A stretch of DNA of 64,000 nt, taken from Octopus vulgaris. Lineage: Eukaryota. The stretch lies in NCBI GenBank assembly GCA_951406725.2, contig OX597824.1:95728001-95792000 (forward strand), written 5' to 3'. Positions 14,056 through 27,229 of this stretch are shown in pieces; positions within the stretch are counted from its first letter, which is position 1, and each line of letters begins with the position of its first letter. Both the position numbers and the translations under genes were made by a program. A model generated the notes under the pieces. That model searched no databases and had not been told where the DNA came from. It saw nothing but the letters and a program-made list of their open reading frames with translations.

Positions 14056-14297
14056 GCGCCCTTTTAAATCCTAGCCAGGCTCATGGGCCCGGTTTCCCGG
14101 TTTCAATGGCGTATGCGTTCCCCAGCTGGACGGGACGCCGGTCCATCGCAGCGTTACTCATTTTTGCCAGCTGAGTGGACTGGAGCAACGTGAAATGAAG
14201 TGTTTTGCTCAAGAACACAACGCGTCGCCCGGTCCAGGAATCGAAACCACAATCTTACGATCATGGTGCTGACACCCTAACCACTAAGCCACGTGCC
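14056..14297 (-). mobile_element. SINE family C (full length)
   Basis: Reverse complement of the 2427-2660 type; clean tRNA-like head. Confidence 0.88.
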
Positions 14298-14769
14298 TCC
14301 ACTTTCTTTCTTTTATGTATTGCTTAAATTCATGGGGTCTTTATGTCTGCATGGCAATGTGTGTAGGGGTACAATAGGTGTGGGAGTTTATATTGGGGGT
14401 GGGTGGTGGAAAAAAGTCCGTTGGGTAGGTGTCCGCTGTGTTGGGGCGTCTATGTTTGATTGTGGGTGCGTTAGTGTATGCCCTACTCAAAATCTTTGCC
14501 GAACTCCAGGGTATCGGTGGAGGGCCGAAGTTGGGAGACTAGTGATTATAGTCATGATGGGGTACACAGGTACGTTGGATGTAACTCGTTTCATGTAGCA
14601 GTCGTAGACGACAGATTTGAGTTCTGCAATATCTTGGTGAGTCACCAGTGACCAAATGTATGTGCTGTGCATTCGCTCATTCCCTCCATCAATTCGACGT
14701 TGCCCGTACAAGGTGCACGGTGTACCAGACGTCAGGTGTGTTTTGCTCAAGAACACAACGCCTATGTGT

Positions 14770-14806
<37 letters not shown>

Positions 14807-15372
14807 TGTGTGTATATGTGTGTGTGTATGTGTGTATATGTGTATGTGTGTGTATATATGTGTGTACGTGTGCGTGTATGTGTGTGTGTATATATAAATA
14901 TATATATGTATGTGTGTGTGTGTGTTTATGTCTGTGTTTGTCCCCACAATATCACTTGACAACCGATTCTGGTGTGTTTACGTCCCCCGTAACTTAGCGG
15001 TTCGGTAAAAGATGCCGATAGAATAAGTACTAGCAAATTTTTATTTACCACAACAGCGAAATCGTCGTCGCCCTCGTATTTTCTTTTTTTTTTTCGAACA
15101 AAGAAGTTTAAGAATGTAATGAGCTTAGCGATGCGATGATTTTTTGGCAAGAGTAAGATCTATGTATAGCAAACAGTCTAGGAATTAAAACAGACACGAG
15201 GTGCACAGAATTATCGCTTCGATCGGCCTACTCTATACAGCCCAAAATACCTGCTTCGTACAGAAGGAAGGTCGCAAAGCTGAATAATATTCTTCGACAA
15301 AAACCGGGAAACAACCCGAAGCATCAAATGGCGAGACATACAACTACTAACATGGTCAACATTCGTCAGGCC

Positions 15373-15703
15373 CACTGATTTTCAACCAAGGTCCATATGG
15401 CGCTTGGAGGTCCTTTTGAGGGGTCCATATAAGATTTTCTACTCAAAACTGGTTATACTTCTACTATACTCTTTTTACTTGTTTCAGTCATTTGACTGTG
15501 ACCATGCTGGAGCACCACCTTTAGTCGAGCAAATCGACCCCAGGACTTATTCTTTGTAAAACCCAGTACTTATTCTATCGGTATCTTTTGCCCAAACGCT
15601 AAGTTACGGGGACGTAAACACACCAGCATCGGTTGTCAAGTGATGATGTGGGGACAAACACACACAAACATATACACACATACATACATACATACATACA
15701 TAT

Positions 15704-15734
<31 letters not shown>

Positions 15735-16175
15735 CACACATACATATATACGACGGGCTTCTTTCAGTTTCCGTCTACCAAATCCACTCACAAGGCTCTG
15801 GTCGGCCCGAGGCTATAGTGGAAGACACTTGCCCAAGATGCCACACAGTGGGACTGAACCCGGAACCATGTGGTTCGTAAGCAAGCTACTTACAACACAG
15901 CCACTCCAACGACTATGCACAAAATATTTTAACAATTTCTTAACACAATTCCTAATAACGATTCATCTTTTACTTGTTTCAGCTATTAGACTGCGGTCAT
16001 GCTGGGGCACCGCCTTGAATAATAGTAAACATCCCCCCCTTCTGTTCTTCTTAATATTTAATTTTAAAACTATAATGGGACTTTTAAAAAATCGAATGGC
16101 TATGTGAGTCCACCTGAGTAAAAATGAGTATCAGAGGGGTCCAAAGTAAAAAAAAAAATGGATGAAAACCCACAG
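15373..16175. mobile_element. Putative hAT-like MITE interrupted by a SINE A
   Basis: Degenerate TIR-like ends cactgattttcaacca and tggatgaaaacccacag, subterminal ggggtcca motifs; SINE A inserted at 15468-15907. Confidence 0.35.
15468..15907 (-). mobile_element. SINE family A (full length)
   Basis: Reverse-complement full copy with an internal (TACA)/(TA) tract. Confidence 0.9.
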
Positions 16176-18013
16176 GTCCCCCCCCCCACCAAAAGAAGCC
16201 AAGACAATTGTGCTGTCCTTATCACACGCATACAACTCCAAAGACCGTGGAAATTCGCTTAACAAAAGTATGTCATGGTATAAAAAATGCGTTGGAAATT
16301 GTTGGAAATCTGTATAAAAGTCATCTAAAGAAATCTGTGAGGACCCCTAGAATTCTTAAGGCCGATGCTTAGCTTAGTTTTCCATGGCGCATAAACGACT
16401 GAAGCTACAACAATCGCCCCATTAAAAGGGACACCGGACGGCCGCGGGGTCAGCTTCCCATTGTTGTTGGAACCAATTTACGACTGAGTGGAACGAAGCT
16501 GCGCGAAATGAAGTGTTTTGCACCAGAAAGCAAATCCCTGCCCCGGTTTGGGAATCGAAACCACGATTTCATGAACGTAAGCGCAACACTTTAACCACCA
16601 GACCACGCGCCTTCACTTGGAAAAGAATAATAAATGTAGGTATTAGCAGTTTGGGAAAGACATGGTTTAACCTTGGGAGCATCTGACCTCCAATCCGACT
16701 CTTTGTAGAATCATGACGTCGACGGTGGTGGTGGTGGTGGTGTTGTTGGTGGTGGTGGTGTTGTTGGTGTTGGTGTTGGTGTTGGTGGTGGTGTTGGTGT
16801 TGATGGTGGTGGTAGCGGCGGCGGCGGTCACACTGGTGGACATGTGTATTTGTGTGTATGTGCCTTTTGATTGAAGAATCTATGCACTTGTGTGTGTGTG
16901 TGTACGTACGTATGTTTGCTGTAGTGTTTATTGCTTTTACGTATCGTATATCAAAAATATAAACCAAATAACCAAAAAATAAAAAAAAATAACACACATC
17001 CACAATCTTGCCTGAGATGAAAATTAAGTTTTCGATATGAAAACAAACAGGGAGAAAAGATAGTCATTTAGTCGAAATGTGAGAGAGAAGTACGAAGAAT
17101 TGTTTTGGAGCTATATATGTATGTTTTCAACCTTGAAATGATGTACGAATGAATGTTAATGACAGGCTTTGAGCCGGTATCTCAAATTGGCATCACGAGA
17201 CTAGCTTGGTGGTCTGCTCATCATCAACCAGAAATATTGGACAGTTCGGCAAAGGCGGTTTATTAAACAATGTTTAGGAGAAAATGCCACAAGAAAATGT
17301 GTGCTGCTACGAAATAGAGATATGGCAAGCAGGCAGAACTGTTTACGAGCAAATCAATGTACACGGGTCCTAAAGTATTTATTTATTTATTAACAACAAG
17401 CCACAGCATATAGAGATCAGAAATGGGCCCTGAGGCTCCCGGGCAACTGACCAGTGTGCCATGCCTGATGACGGTATTGATGACAGGAGCAGATAATAAC
17501 GTAATGCTCTGCACTCCTTCGAACTACGTCAGCAAGGTCGAGAGAGGAATCCTGACGATTTGGCTACCCAGGATTTTCTTACATCTAACCCAGGCCTGCG
17601 CAAAACTGGAGAGGACATGAAATGTAAAAACCAGACTGGATTAGTTTATGCACAACTCCATTGTCTCCCAAGACAAAAGAATGCCAACAACAACAACAAC
17701 AACAACGTTTGAATATGGGTGTTGGAGCAAGTAGGAAAACTATTACGATGTTAATCTACTTTTTTCTATCACTTCGTACAACTGGTGAACTTATCATAGT
17801 TAATAATAATAATAATAACAATGACGATGATGATAATAATAATGATAATAATAATAATGATAAAGGTCATGAACTGCAAACAATCTCTTCTTTTCCGACT
17901 TAGCTGGGGGGCATAAAAAAATTACTAACAAAGCATAAACATTAGATGAGGCTGATTAAAAATCGTGAAAGTGAATTGTCCATCGGAATAATGAAAGGAT
18001 AGTTTAGTTTATG

Positions 18014-18066
<53 letters not shown>

Positions 18067-18490
18067 GGGGGCGGAGAAGAAAGAAGATAAGAGGAGAAAG
18101 AGGAGGAGGAGGAAGAAGGAAAGAGGTGGAGAGAAAGAGGAGGAGTGAAAGCGGAGGTAGAGGAAAGGAAAGAGGAGGTGGAGGGAAATAAGAAGAAAGA
18201 GGAGGAGGAAGGAAAGAGGAGGTGGAGCGAAAGAAGAGGAGAGAAAGGAGGAGGAGGGAAAGAGGAGAGAAAAAGAGGAAGAGATAGGGGAAGGAGGAGA
18301 GAGGGGAAGTGGAATGAGAGGAAGAAGAAAGTGGTGAAGAGGAGAGAGGGGGGAAAGAGAGATAGGAGAAGGAGGAAAAAGAAGAGGAGAGAGAGGAGGA
18401 AGGGGAAAGAAAGAGAGGAGGAAAAAGAGAGAAAGAGAGGAAAAGGAAGAGGAGAGAAAGAGAGGAAAAGGAAGAAGAGAGAAAGAGAGG
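18014..18490 (+). repeat. Polypurine (GA/GGA-rich) low-complexity tract
   Basis: About 480 bp that is nearly all A/G on the + strand. Confidence 0.9.
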
Positions 18491-18997
18491 TAATCTGGCC
18501 AAGGTGCGTGGTGCAATCCGGTTTTAATATTTAGTGACGACCACTCACTCGACTGGTTCCTTCAAAACCGTTCATTAATACATTTGCTAACGAAACTCTG
18601 ACTTCCAATTAATTTCGAAAATATCTTCCATTATCTTTTACCTGTTTTCAGCATTTATGTTTTCAATCTGGCACTTATTCTATCGCTAAGATACGGGAAC
18701 GTAAACAAACCAACACCAGTTGTCAAGCTGTGGGAATTGGGAACAAACACAGAAGGAAAGACACACACATATAATGCAGGCTTCCGCATAATTTCCGTCC
18801 ACCAAATTTACTCACAAGACATTGGTCGACCCGCGGCTACAATAGAAGACACTTGCCTAAGGTGCCACGCAGCGGGACTGAACTCAAAACCACATGTTTG
18901 CAAAGGGAGCTTTTTAACCTCACAGCCACGCCTGCGCCTATATTATGGGAGTGGGATGAGGGAATTAGCCACAAAACAAACGAAGTCTATATATTAA

Positions 18998-19521
18998 CCC
19001 ATTGCATGCCACAAACCCCATTTAGGGATCTGCTAAAAACACTCTCACTGCTGGTTCTTCGTTGTATTCTAAGTGAATTGCTTATGCACATTGCATTTGC
19101 AGAGGTGTGTTTAACAATAGTTACTAATTAAAGGTTGTCGTTATTAGCTCTGGCTAATTCTAGAGGACATTTTATGTCATAAATCGCAATTTTTGAATTA
19201 CAAAAATATTGACTGTTTTGAAGACGTTTTTTTTTAATTATCTTTTATGCATTTCCCATCTATATCATTCAGTGATATTTCATACACATTCGCATTTTAT
19301 ACTATAGTTACCAAAAAACTAAAATGTTTATTATTGCAATTGAATAGAAAAGGGAAAATATGCTTTTTTCAGCGATCCCCATTTGGGAATTTTCGAAAAA
19401 GTTATCATAATTTACAAAATAATTAACGTATGAAGAAAATTTAAATACTATATATTATTTTAACTCCTAAAACACTTGGCAAGGCCAAAAAATATGAATA
19501 AAAAATTTGGTAGTTAAGGGG
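18998..19521. mobile_element. piggyBac-like non-autonomous element
   Basis: TTAA-CCC...GGG-TTAA ends (ttaa at 18994-97 and 19522-25), imperfect TIR cccattgcatgcca / ccccttaactacca, AT-rich interior. Confidence 0.55.
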
Positions 19522-20084
19522 TTAAGCGGTGTTGAAATGATATCGGCAACAATGTTTCGAGTAAAGCTCTTTATCAATACAGAGTTATTTGAAAAAGTGA
19601 GATAAAATAAAGTGAGCGAAAAGTTGAGGCATATGTTATTCAAATGTTATTGTTGGTAACTCGTTTCATATTAGTGAAATCAATAGATGTACTGATTCCT
19701 TGATGACATTACTGATTATGAATAATCACTCAGTTAGTCGGTGTTGTTTTACAAATAAGAATGAGATAAATAATTTATGGTAAAACAAACAACAACGTCT
19801 GTTCTCGATTCGGACGTGTACTTGCCTGGCAGGCGATTTGATCTGGGAGTGGGTTCAAAATGAACCGATTGCAGTTGTGGAAGACACATTCTAGCCATTC
19901 AAAAACACACAAAGACTGTTAACTTAAACACACACGCACACACACATGCACGCACGCACGAATGACGTCTACAACATTGTTTTATTTCACCGTGAGCTCT
20001 ATTTGTTTACGCCTAGCCATTTTCTGGCGTTTTAAAGGTTGATGTTCCTTGATTCTTAAGGATCCTTATAACTGATATATATAC

Positions 20085-20143
<59 letters not shown>

Positions 20144-20958
20144 ACGGAACTGTAAAGCAGAAGTAATAATAAGTTAAACAATGACATGTCCAAACCTACA
20201 ATAAATCTTTCAGTATGATTTTTTTTCAGTACTTGTTACATTTGTATTCCTGTTCTGTGATATGTAAATATATGACCAACGGAGGTCTTAGCAAAGAGAC
20301 ACAGTTAAGTCAACCAACAGAAACCAAACTTCTTCCTAAATTTTAACATTGTCTTTGAGTGCTTGGTATTATTCTAAATTTATTTATGGAATGTTATTAG
20401 ATGAATGAATGATACAAACGGAAGTTAGACGTAACATATCAGAAAAAATCACAAAAATTGGGAATAAAATGAATAAATACTAAGCAACGACCAATAGAAA
20501 ACCGCCCGGAAGGCGGTGTTTCTGCTAGTTTGAATAGCGACATTTTAGCGTGTATATATATATATATATATATGCCGCGTGAATGTTGTAAATTGGGTCA
20601 CGTATGAAATATCAGTGCTCTCGGTTTTATAACCAGCGATATCCGCAAATGGGGATTAGCCTTATTAGTTTATCGATTAGATATCACCGATACAACATAT
20701 TAATTATACTAAGTTGGCTGAGAGAATTTGACGTGTCTCACTTGCAAATGTCACTTTTGTAATTCTTGGTGGAAATAATGATCTCTTTTAACCCTACAAA
20801 ACCAAAAGCACACAGAAATAGAACCCCCAAAGGGAATTAATAAATGTTAATTTCAAAAATATCTTTTAAGCGAATCCCCAAACCCAGTCTTCGGTAATCT
20901 AATAGTAATAATACTATTACTGTCGAATGAATTCTAGTATTATCGTTTATTCATAAAG

Positions 20959-20987
<29 letters not shown>

Positions 20988-20993
<6 letters not shown>

Positions 20994-21205
20994 TAATCCA
21001 AACACAAAAAAACAACAACGGAAGGACGTGGAACAAATAAAGTATTATTGGACGCTCAGGAAAGAAGGGAAGAAGGAGGGTTTAACGTTTCGAGCGGAGC
21101 TCTTCGTCGGAAACATAGGAGAAGGAAAGATCCCGAGAAGGGAAGACAGAGGAAAAAAATCGCCAACGGTACACACGAGGTCACATTTTGAAAGACCGGA
21201 AGTAG
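20988..21205 (-). mobile_element. (TA)n-embedded hammerhead cassette, family 1
   Basis: Homologous to 57905-58097 and 44938-45039; (TA)n on both sides. Confidence 0.75.
21080..21114 (-). ncRNA. Minimal type I hammerhead ribozyme (core CCGACGA, U4C variant)
   Basis: Minus strand GUUU-CCGACGA-A-GAGC(UCC)GCUC-GAAAC-GUU/AAAC: stem I GUUU:AAAC, 4 bp stem II, palindromic ACGU stem III. Confidence 0.7.
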
Positions 21206-21251
21206 TATATATATATAGCTTTATGTATAAAGCTATACATATATATATATA

Positions 21252-21468
21252 ATCCTTTCTACTATAGGCAGAAGACCTGAAATTTGAGGGAAGCGGACTA
21301 GTCGATTACATGGACCCCAGTTCTCAACTGGTACTTAATTTATCGACCCCGAAAAGGATGGAAGGTAAAGTGGACCTCGGCGGAATTTGAACTCAGAACG
21401 TAAAGACAGGCGATATATACCGCTTAACATTTTGCCCGACGTGCTAACGATTCTGCCAGCTCGCCGCC
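21252..21468 (-). mobile_element. SINE family B (B2 tail)
   Basis: Full reverse-complement copy. Confidence 0.88.
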
Positions 21469-21732
21469 TTTAAAATAATAATAATAATAATAGTAATTTC
21501 ACAGATTGACAAACTGCCAATTCCACCAGACGACTGATTCTTATTTATTTTAGTAAATAGCGAATTAGAAGAGGAATAAAAGGCGTAGTCTTGTTTTTAT
21601 AACAATTCCATGATTGATATCTTAGATGCATTATTGGACGGAATGAAGCGATTAGACGCGGCTGACTGGACATTGAATTTATTTCTAGAAGCTCATACGT
21701 TAATACTGATGCGTTAATACTGATGGACTCTA

Positions 21733-21948
21733 AGGCGGCGAGCTGGCAGAATCGTTAGCGCGCCGGGCGAAATGCTTAGCCGTATTTCGTCTGTTTTTAT
21801 GTTCTGAGTTTAAATTCCGCCGAGGTCGACTTTGCCTTTCATCGTTTCGGTGTCGATAAATTAAGTACCAGTTGCGTACTGGGGTTGAGCTAATCGACTG
21901 GTCCTCTTCCTAAGAATTTCGGGCCTTGTGCCTAGAGTAGAAAAGATT
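21733..21948 (+). mobile_element. SINE family B (B2 tail)
   Basis: ggcggcgagctggcagaatcgttagc...gggccttgtgcctagagtagaaaaga. Confidence 0.9.
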
Positions 21949-22114
21949 ATATAAGTTTCATTGTCAATAATGGTACAGAATCCCTCTTGATAATATTCGG
22001 TCATTATTGAAATCTTTCCTTTTCATTCCAAATCTTAAACAAAACGATTTATGCTCTTCTTGAGACAATCCTCTTCTTACTCAACTATTGGAAGTTGTTG
22101 ACGTGGGTTTGTTC

Positions 22115-22153
<39 letters not shown>

Positions 22154-22250
22154 TAAGGACAACTACTTAATAAGGAAAACTGAAGTTTTGAAAACCTCAT
22201 AAGTTTCGACGTGGGTTTGTTCTAATTTTATATATATATATATAGCGTGT

Positions 22251-22311
<61 letters not shown>

Positions 22312-23069
22312 TTTTTGAAATAATGGAGTTTTTCAATGAATTTTCAGTTCATATTTTGAAATGAATTAATATTCCCCTCAAGGTTTAAAAGTGTAGAATC
22401 TTCGTATATTTTGTTAATTTTTCCATGATATATAGTTGGAATATTGTGAACTTAAATATGTATGTATGTCTTTGCATGTGTGTGTATGTACATATGTAGA
22501 AATGTATGTATGCGTGTATCAGTCCTACTGCGTGGATCATTGGGCAAGTGACTTCTACTATAGATAGCCTCGGGCAACCAAAGCCTTGGGACTGGATTTG
22601 GTAAACGGAAACTAAAAGAAGCCCGTCGCATGTGTGTGTGTGTATGTATGTGCGTTTACGTTTGTGTTTGTCCTCCACCTCCGCTTCACAACTAATGATG
22701 GTGTGTTTACGTCACGATAACTTAGCAGTTCGGCAAAAGAGAACCGATAGCATAAGTACTAGGCTTAAAAATAAGTCCTGGGGTTGGTTCATTTGATTAA
22801 AACACTTCAAGGTGGTGCCCCAGCATGACCGTGGTCTGATGACTGAAACAAGTAAAAGAATAAAAAAACTATCTGTGTGTAAATGTATGCTTAAACTTGC
22901 GCATGAATGTATGTACGTATGTAGGTATGTGAATGTATGTGTATGTACGTACGTAGTATATTTGTAAGAATGTATATATGCATGTATGTAAATATGTATG
23001 TTTGTATGTAAGTGTATATGTATATATATGTTTCTTTATATGTAAGTAAATGTATGCATATGAGTGTGC

Positions 23070-23108
<39 letters not shown>

Positions 23109-23710
23109 GTGTTGTGTTGTGTCTGATTATGTTTAAACCGATCAAAAACGAGACAGGTGTTGCCGTTTATATCCCATGACACAGAGGTTCGATAAAAGAA
23201 GTACAGAGGTCGATACGATCGACCAAAAGACGCAAATGGCGCTGCTCCAGTATGGCCTCAACCGAAGCCGCAGTGTAATGACTGAAACTAGTAAAAGAAT
23301 AACCGAACACAACAACGAATCTAGGCCGATTACAATGTCTACCTTAGAGTATGTGGGGGAGTTGGTGCAGAGAGGTGAGGATGACAGAGGAGAGAAATTG
23401 TGGGGTAAAAATGCCTACGAGAAAACAAAAGGTGGAACGTTCTTGAAGTGTTTGTGTACACATGTACAACCGACTCTTTCAGAGAGTCATCTGCCTTCTA
23501 TGTGTGTATATTTACGTCTACACAAACAGGGTATTTTTGTACAAAGCAGTATTGTGAAAAAGAACCGTTATCTTTGCAGACCAGATAAAACAGAAAGATA
23601 AATAATAATGACGAATAATACCAAACAAATGTCTATCTCCGTGTGTATGTGCGCATGCGTACGAGCGTAGGAGTGTGTGTGTGTGTATGTAAGATGTAAG
23701 TGTATGCGTA

Positions 23711-23761
<51 letters not shown>

Positions 23762-24177
23762 ACATATATATACATATGTATATATATATGTATGTATATA
23801 CATATGTATGAATGTTTGTATGTATAAGTGTATATATATATATATGTATATATACATATACTTATGTGTGCGTGTCAGTGTGTCTGTGTGTCAGTGTTTA
23901 CCCACCACCACCACCACCACCATCGCTTGACAACCGATGTTAGTGTGTTTATGTTCTGGAAACATAGTACCTTGGCAAAAGAGACTTATAGAATAAGTAC
24001 CAGGCTTACAAAGAATAAGTCCTGGGGTCGATTTGTTCGACCAAAGGCGGTGCTCCAGCATGGCCGCAGTCAAATGACTGAAATGTGTAAAAGAGTAATA
24101 TATATATATAAACACAATATATACACAATGTATAAATATACATAAATATGTATATTGTGAATATATTTATATATATA

Positions 24178-24340
24178 GGCGTAGGAGTGGCTTTGTGGTA
24201 AGTAGCTTGCTTACCAACCACATGGTTCCGGGTTCAGTCCCACTGCGTGGCACCTTGGGCAAGTGTCTTCTGCTATAGCCTCGGGCCGACCAAAGCCTTG
24301 TGAGTGGATCTGGTAGACGGAAACTGAAAAGAAGCCCGTC

Positions 24341-24414
<74 letters not shown>

Positions 24415-24615
24415 TTGTGTGTGTGTGTTTGTCCCCCCAACATCGCTTGACAACCGATGCTGGTGTGTTTACGTCTCCGTAATTTAGCGGTTCAGCGAAA
24501 GAGACTGATAGAATAAGTACTAGGCTTACAAAGAATAAGTCCTGGGGTCGATTTGCTCGACTAAAGGCGGTGCTCCAGCATGGCCGTAGTCAAATGACTG
24601 AAACCAATAAAAGAG
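24178..24615 (+). mobile_element. SINE family A (full length)
   Basis: Near-consensus copy with internal (TA)n(TG)n; a 3' half-copy precedes it at ~23880-24095. Confidence 0.92.
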
Positions 24616-24983
24616 AGAGAGTAATATATATATACAAACACCTATACACACACACAGAGTAGCTTACACTGATTAATAGTAACCCAGATTAAAGAAAAAG
24701 AGAAGGAAAATTTATTTAGAAAAAAAACAAAACAAAACCAACAATTTTCTTCCCAGTTTCAGCCAATGTAGGTCAGATTAAATAGGAAAGAACCACTGTT
24801 TGTCTGCTCTGAAATAATGCATTTGTTTCTAATTACACCCGCCCATGCTCTCTCTCACTTTCTGGTCTGCATTATAATCATTGACGGGCCTTGAAATATA
24901 GGAATATAGCGTGTGTGTGTGTGTATAAGGTTTTGCATAAAATTTTTAATATATTTACTATATTTGCAGAAAGATTTTATTAA

Positions 24984-25672
24984 TACACACACACATACAT
25001 ACATACATACATACATACATACATACATACATACATACATACATACATACATACATACATACATACATACATACATACATACATACATACATACATACAT
25101 ACACACATACATACACACATACATACATACATACATACATACATACACACATACATACATACATACATACATATATACACACATACATACACACATACAT
25201 ACACACATACATACACACATACATACATACACACATACATACATACACACATACATACATACATACACACATACATACATACATACATACATACATACAT
25301 ACATACATACATACATACATACATACATACATACAAACATACATACATACACACATACATACACACATACATACATACATACATACATACATACATACAT
25401 ACATACATACATACATACATACATACATACATACATACACACACACACATACATACATACATACATATATACATACACACATACATACATACATACATAC
25501 ATACATACATACATACATACATACATACATACATACACACATACATACATACATACATACATACATACATACATACATACATACATACATACATACATAC
25601 ATACATACATACACACATACATACATACATACATACATACATACACACATACATACACACATACATACACAC
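24984..25672 (+). repeat. (TACA)n microsatellite, ~690 bp
   Basis: Read directly; explains the long HTYI/MYVC ORFs. Confidence 0.97.
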
Positions 25673-26046
25673 AGGCACAAACTTAAAGGAACAGAATGGT
25701 AAAATCCTTTTGGATAGATTTTTAGAGTGTGTGAAAGGGTGTGTGTATGTGTATACACACACATGCATGGATGTGGCGTGTACACACATATTTGCAATAT
25801 TCTGTATTGTACTTTATCTGCAAGAGTACACACATAAATAAACCAATGTATCTTATTGCTTACTTTAAAAACTTATAGTGCGAGACTCTTTTCTATTAAG
25901 AATTTTTTAATTAAAGAAAAAAACTGTAGAGAACGAAACACGAAGAAAAAAAAAAGAAAAGAAAAAGATTTAGAACAGTTAAAATATTGTGAAAGTTCAT
26001 TAAAAGCCAACCAGCGAGAAAATATACTGGGATAAAGTTTCCAAGT

Positions 26047-26209
26047 GGCGTAGGAGTGGCTGTGTGATAAGTAGCTTGCTTTCCAACCACATGGTTCTGG
26101 GTTCAGTCCCACTGCGTGGCACCTTGGGCAAGTGTCTTCTACTATAGCCTCGGGCCGACCAAAGCCTTGTGAGTGGATTTGGTAGACGGAAACTGAAAGA
26201 AGCCCATCG

Positions 26210-26265
<56 letters not shown>

Positions 26266-26452
26266 TGTGTGTCTGTGTTTGTACCCCCAGCATCGCTTGA
26301 CAACCGATGCTGGTGTGCTGACGTCCTTGTTACCTTGCGGTTCGGCAAAAGAGACCAATAGAATAAGTACTAGGCTTACAAAGAATAAGTCCTGGGGTCA
26401 ATTTGCTCCAGCATGGCCGCAGTCAAATGACTGAAACAAGTAAAGAGAGTAA
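26047..26452 (+). mobile_element. SINE family A (full length)
   Basis: Near-consensus copy. Confidence 0.92.
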
Positions 26453-26609
26453 GTGAAAATGAAATAAACTTGTGCCTGTTTAAGTAACTCTTTCTAAAAT
26501 GCTGGAGAACTTTCCTTCTTTGGTCCAGAAAATGTCACAAACATATCTAAAACAGCTAAAGATAATAGTACAGCCTCCGCTCGGTCGCTGAGACGAGCAC
26601 AGATATAAA

Positions 26610-26939
26610 CCGACACGTCCCGTTGGTTACGATAACGTGTGTTCTAGTTGAGCCGTTCAACGGAACAGCCTTCCCGTGATATTAACTAACAAGTGGTTGA
26701 ACACACGACGCATAGACACGTGTACCCACAACGTAGTTCTCAGAGAGATTCAATGTGGCACGGAATGTGACAAGGCTGGCCTTTCAATTACAGGTAGAAT
26801 TCAGTTTTGCCAGGTGAGTGGAATGGAGCAACGTGAAATAAAGCATCTTGCTGAAAGACATCACGCTCCCCACCCCCACGTATCGAACTCACAACCTTAC
26901 GATCACAAACCGAACACCGTAACCACTAAGCCACGCGCC
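26610..26939 (-). mobile_element. SINE family C (long-tail variant)
   Basis: Same head as family C; tail shared with 42073-42393 and 53881-54178. Confidence 0.8.
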
Positions 26940-27229
26940 TTCACTGATACAGATAGAAACTTAGCTGTAAACCACCATGATTTGTCTTCTCCCACGCTTC
27001 CCTGAAATAACATGGATAGTTTCAAAAGCATTATTTCCATGAGTTTCCACCGAGGTCGACTTTGCCTTTCATCCTTTCGGGGTCGATAAATTAAGTACCA
27101 GTTACGCACTGCGGTCCACATAATCGACTTAATCCGTTTGTCTGTCCTTGTTTGTCCCCTCTATGTTTAACCCCTTGTGGGCCATAAAGAAATAAGAAAC
27201 GGTGTTTAGTAGGGCGTATTCAAAATACT

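Noticed and set aside
17942-18534. E/K/R-rich and S/L/P-rich ORFs
   Set aside because: Polypurine low-complexity sequence.
24855-25833. Longest ORFs in the window (257-291 aa)
   Set aside because: They are translations of the (TACA)n microsatellite.
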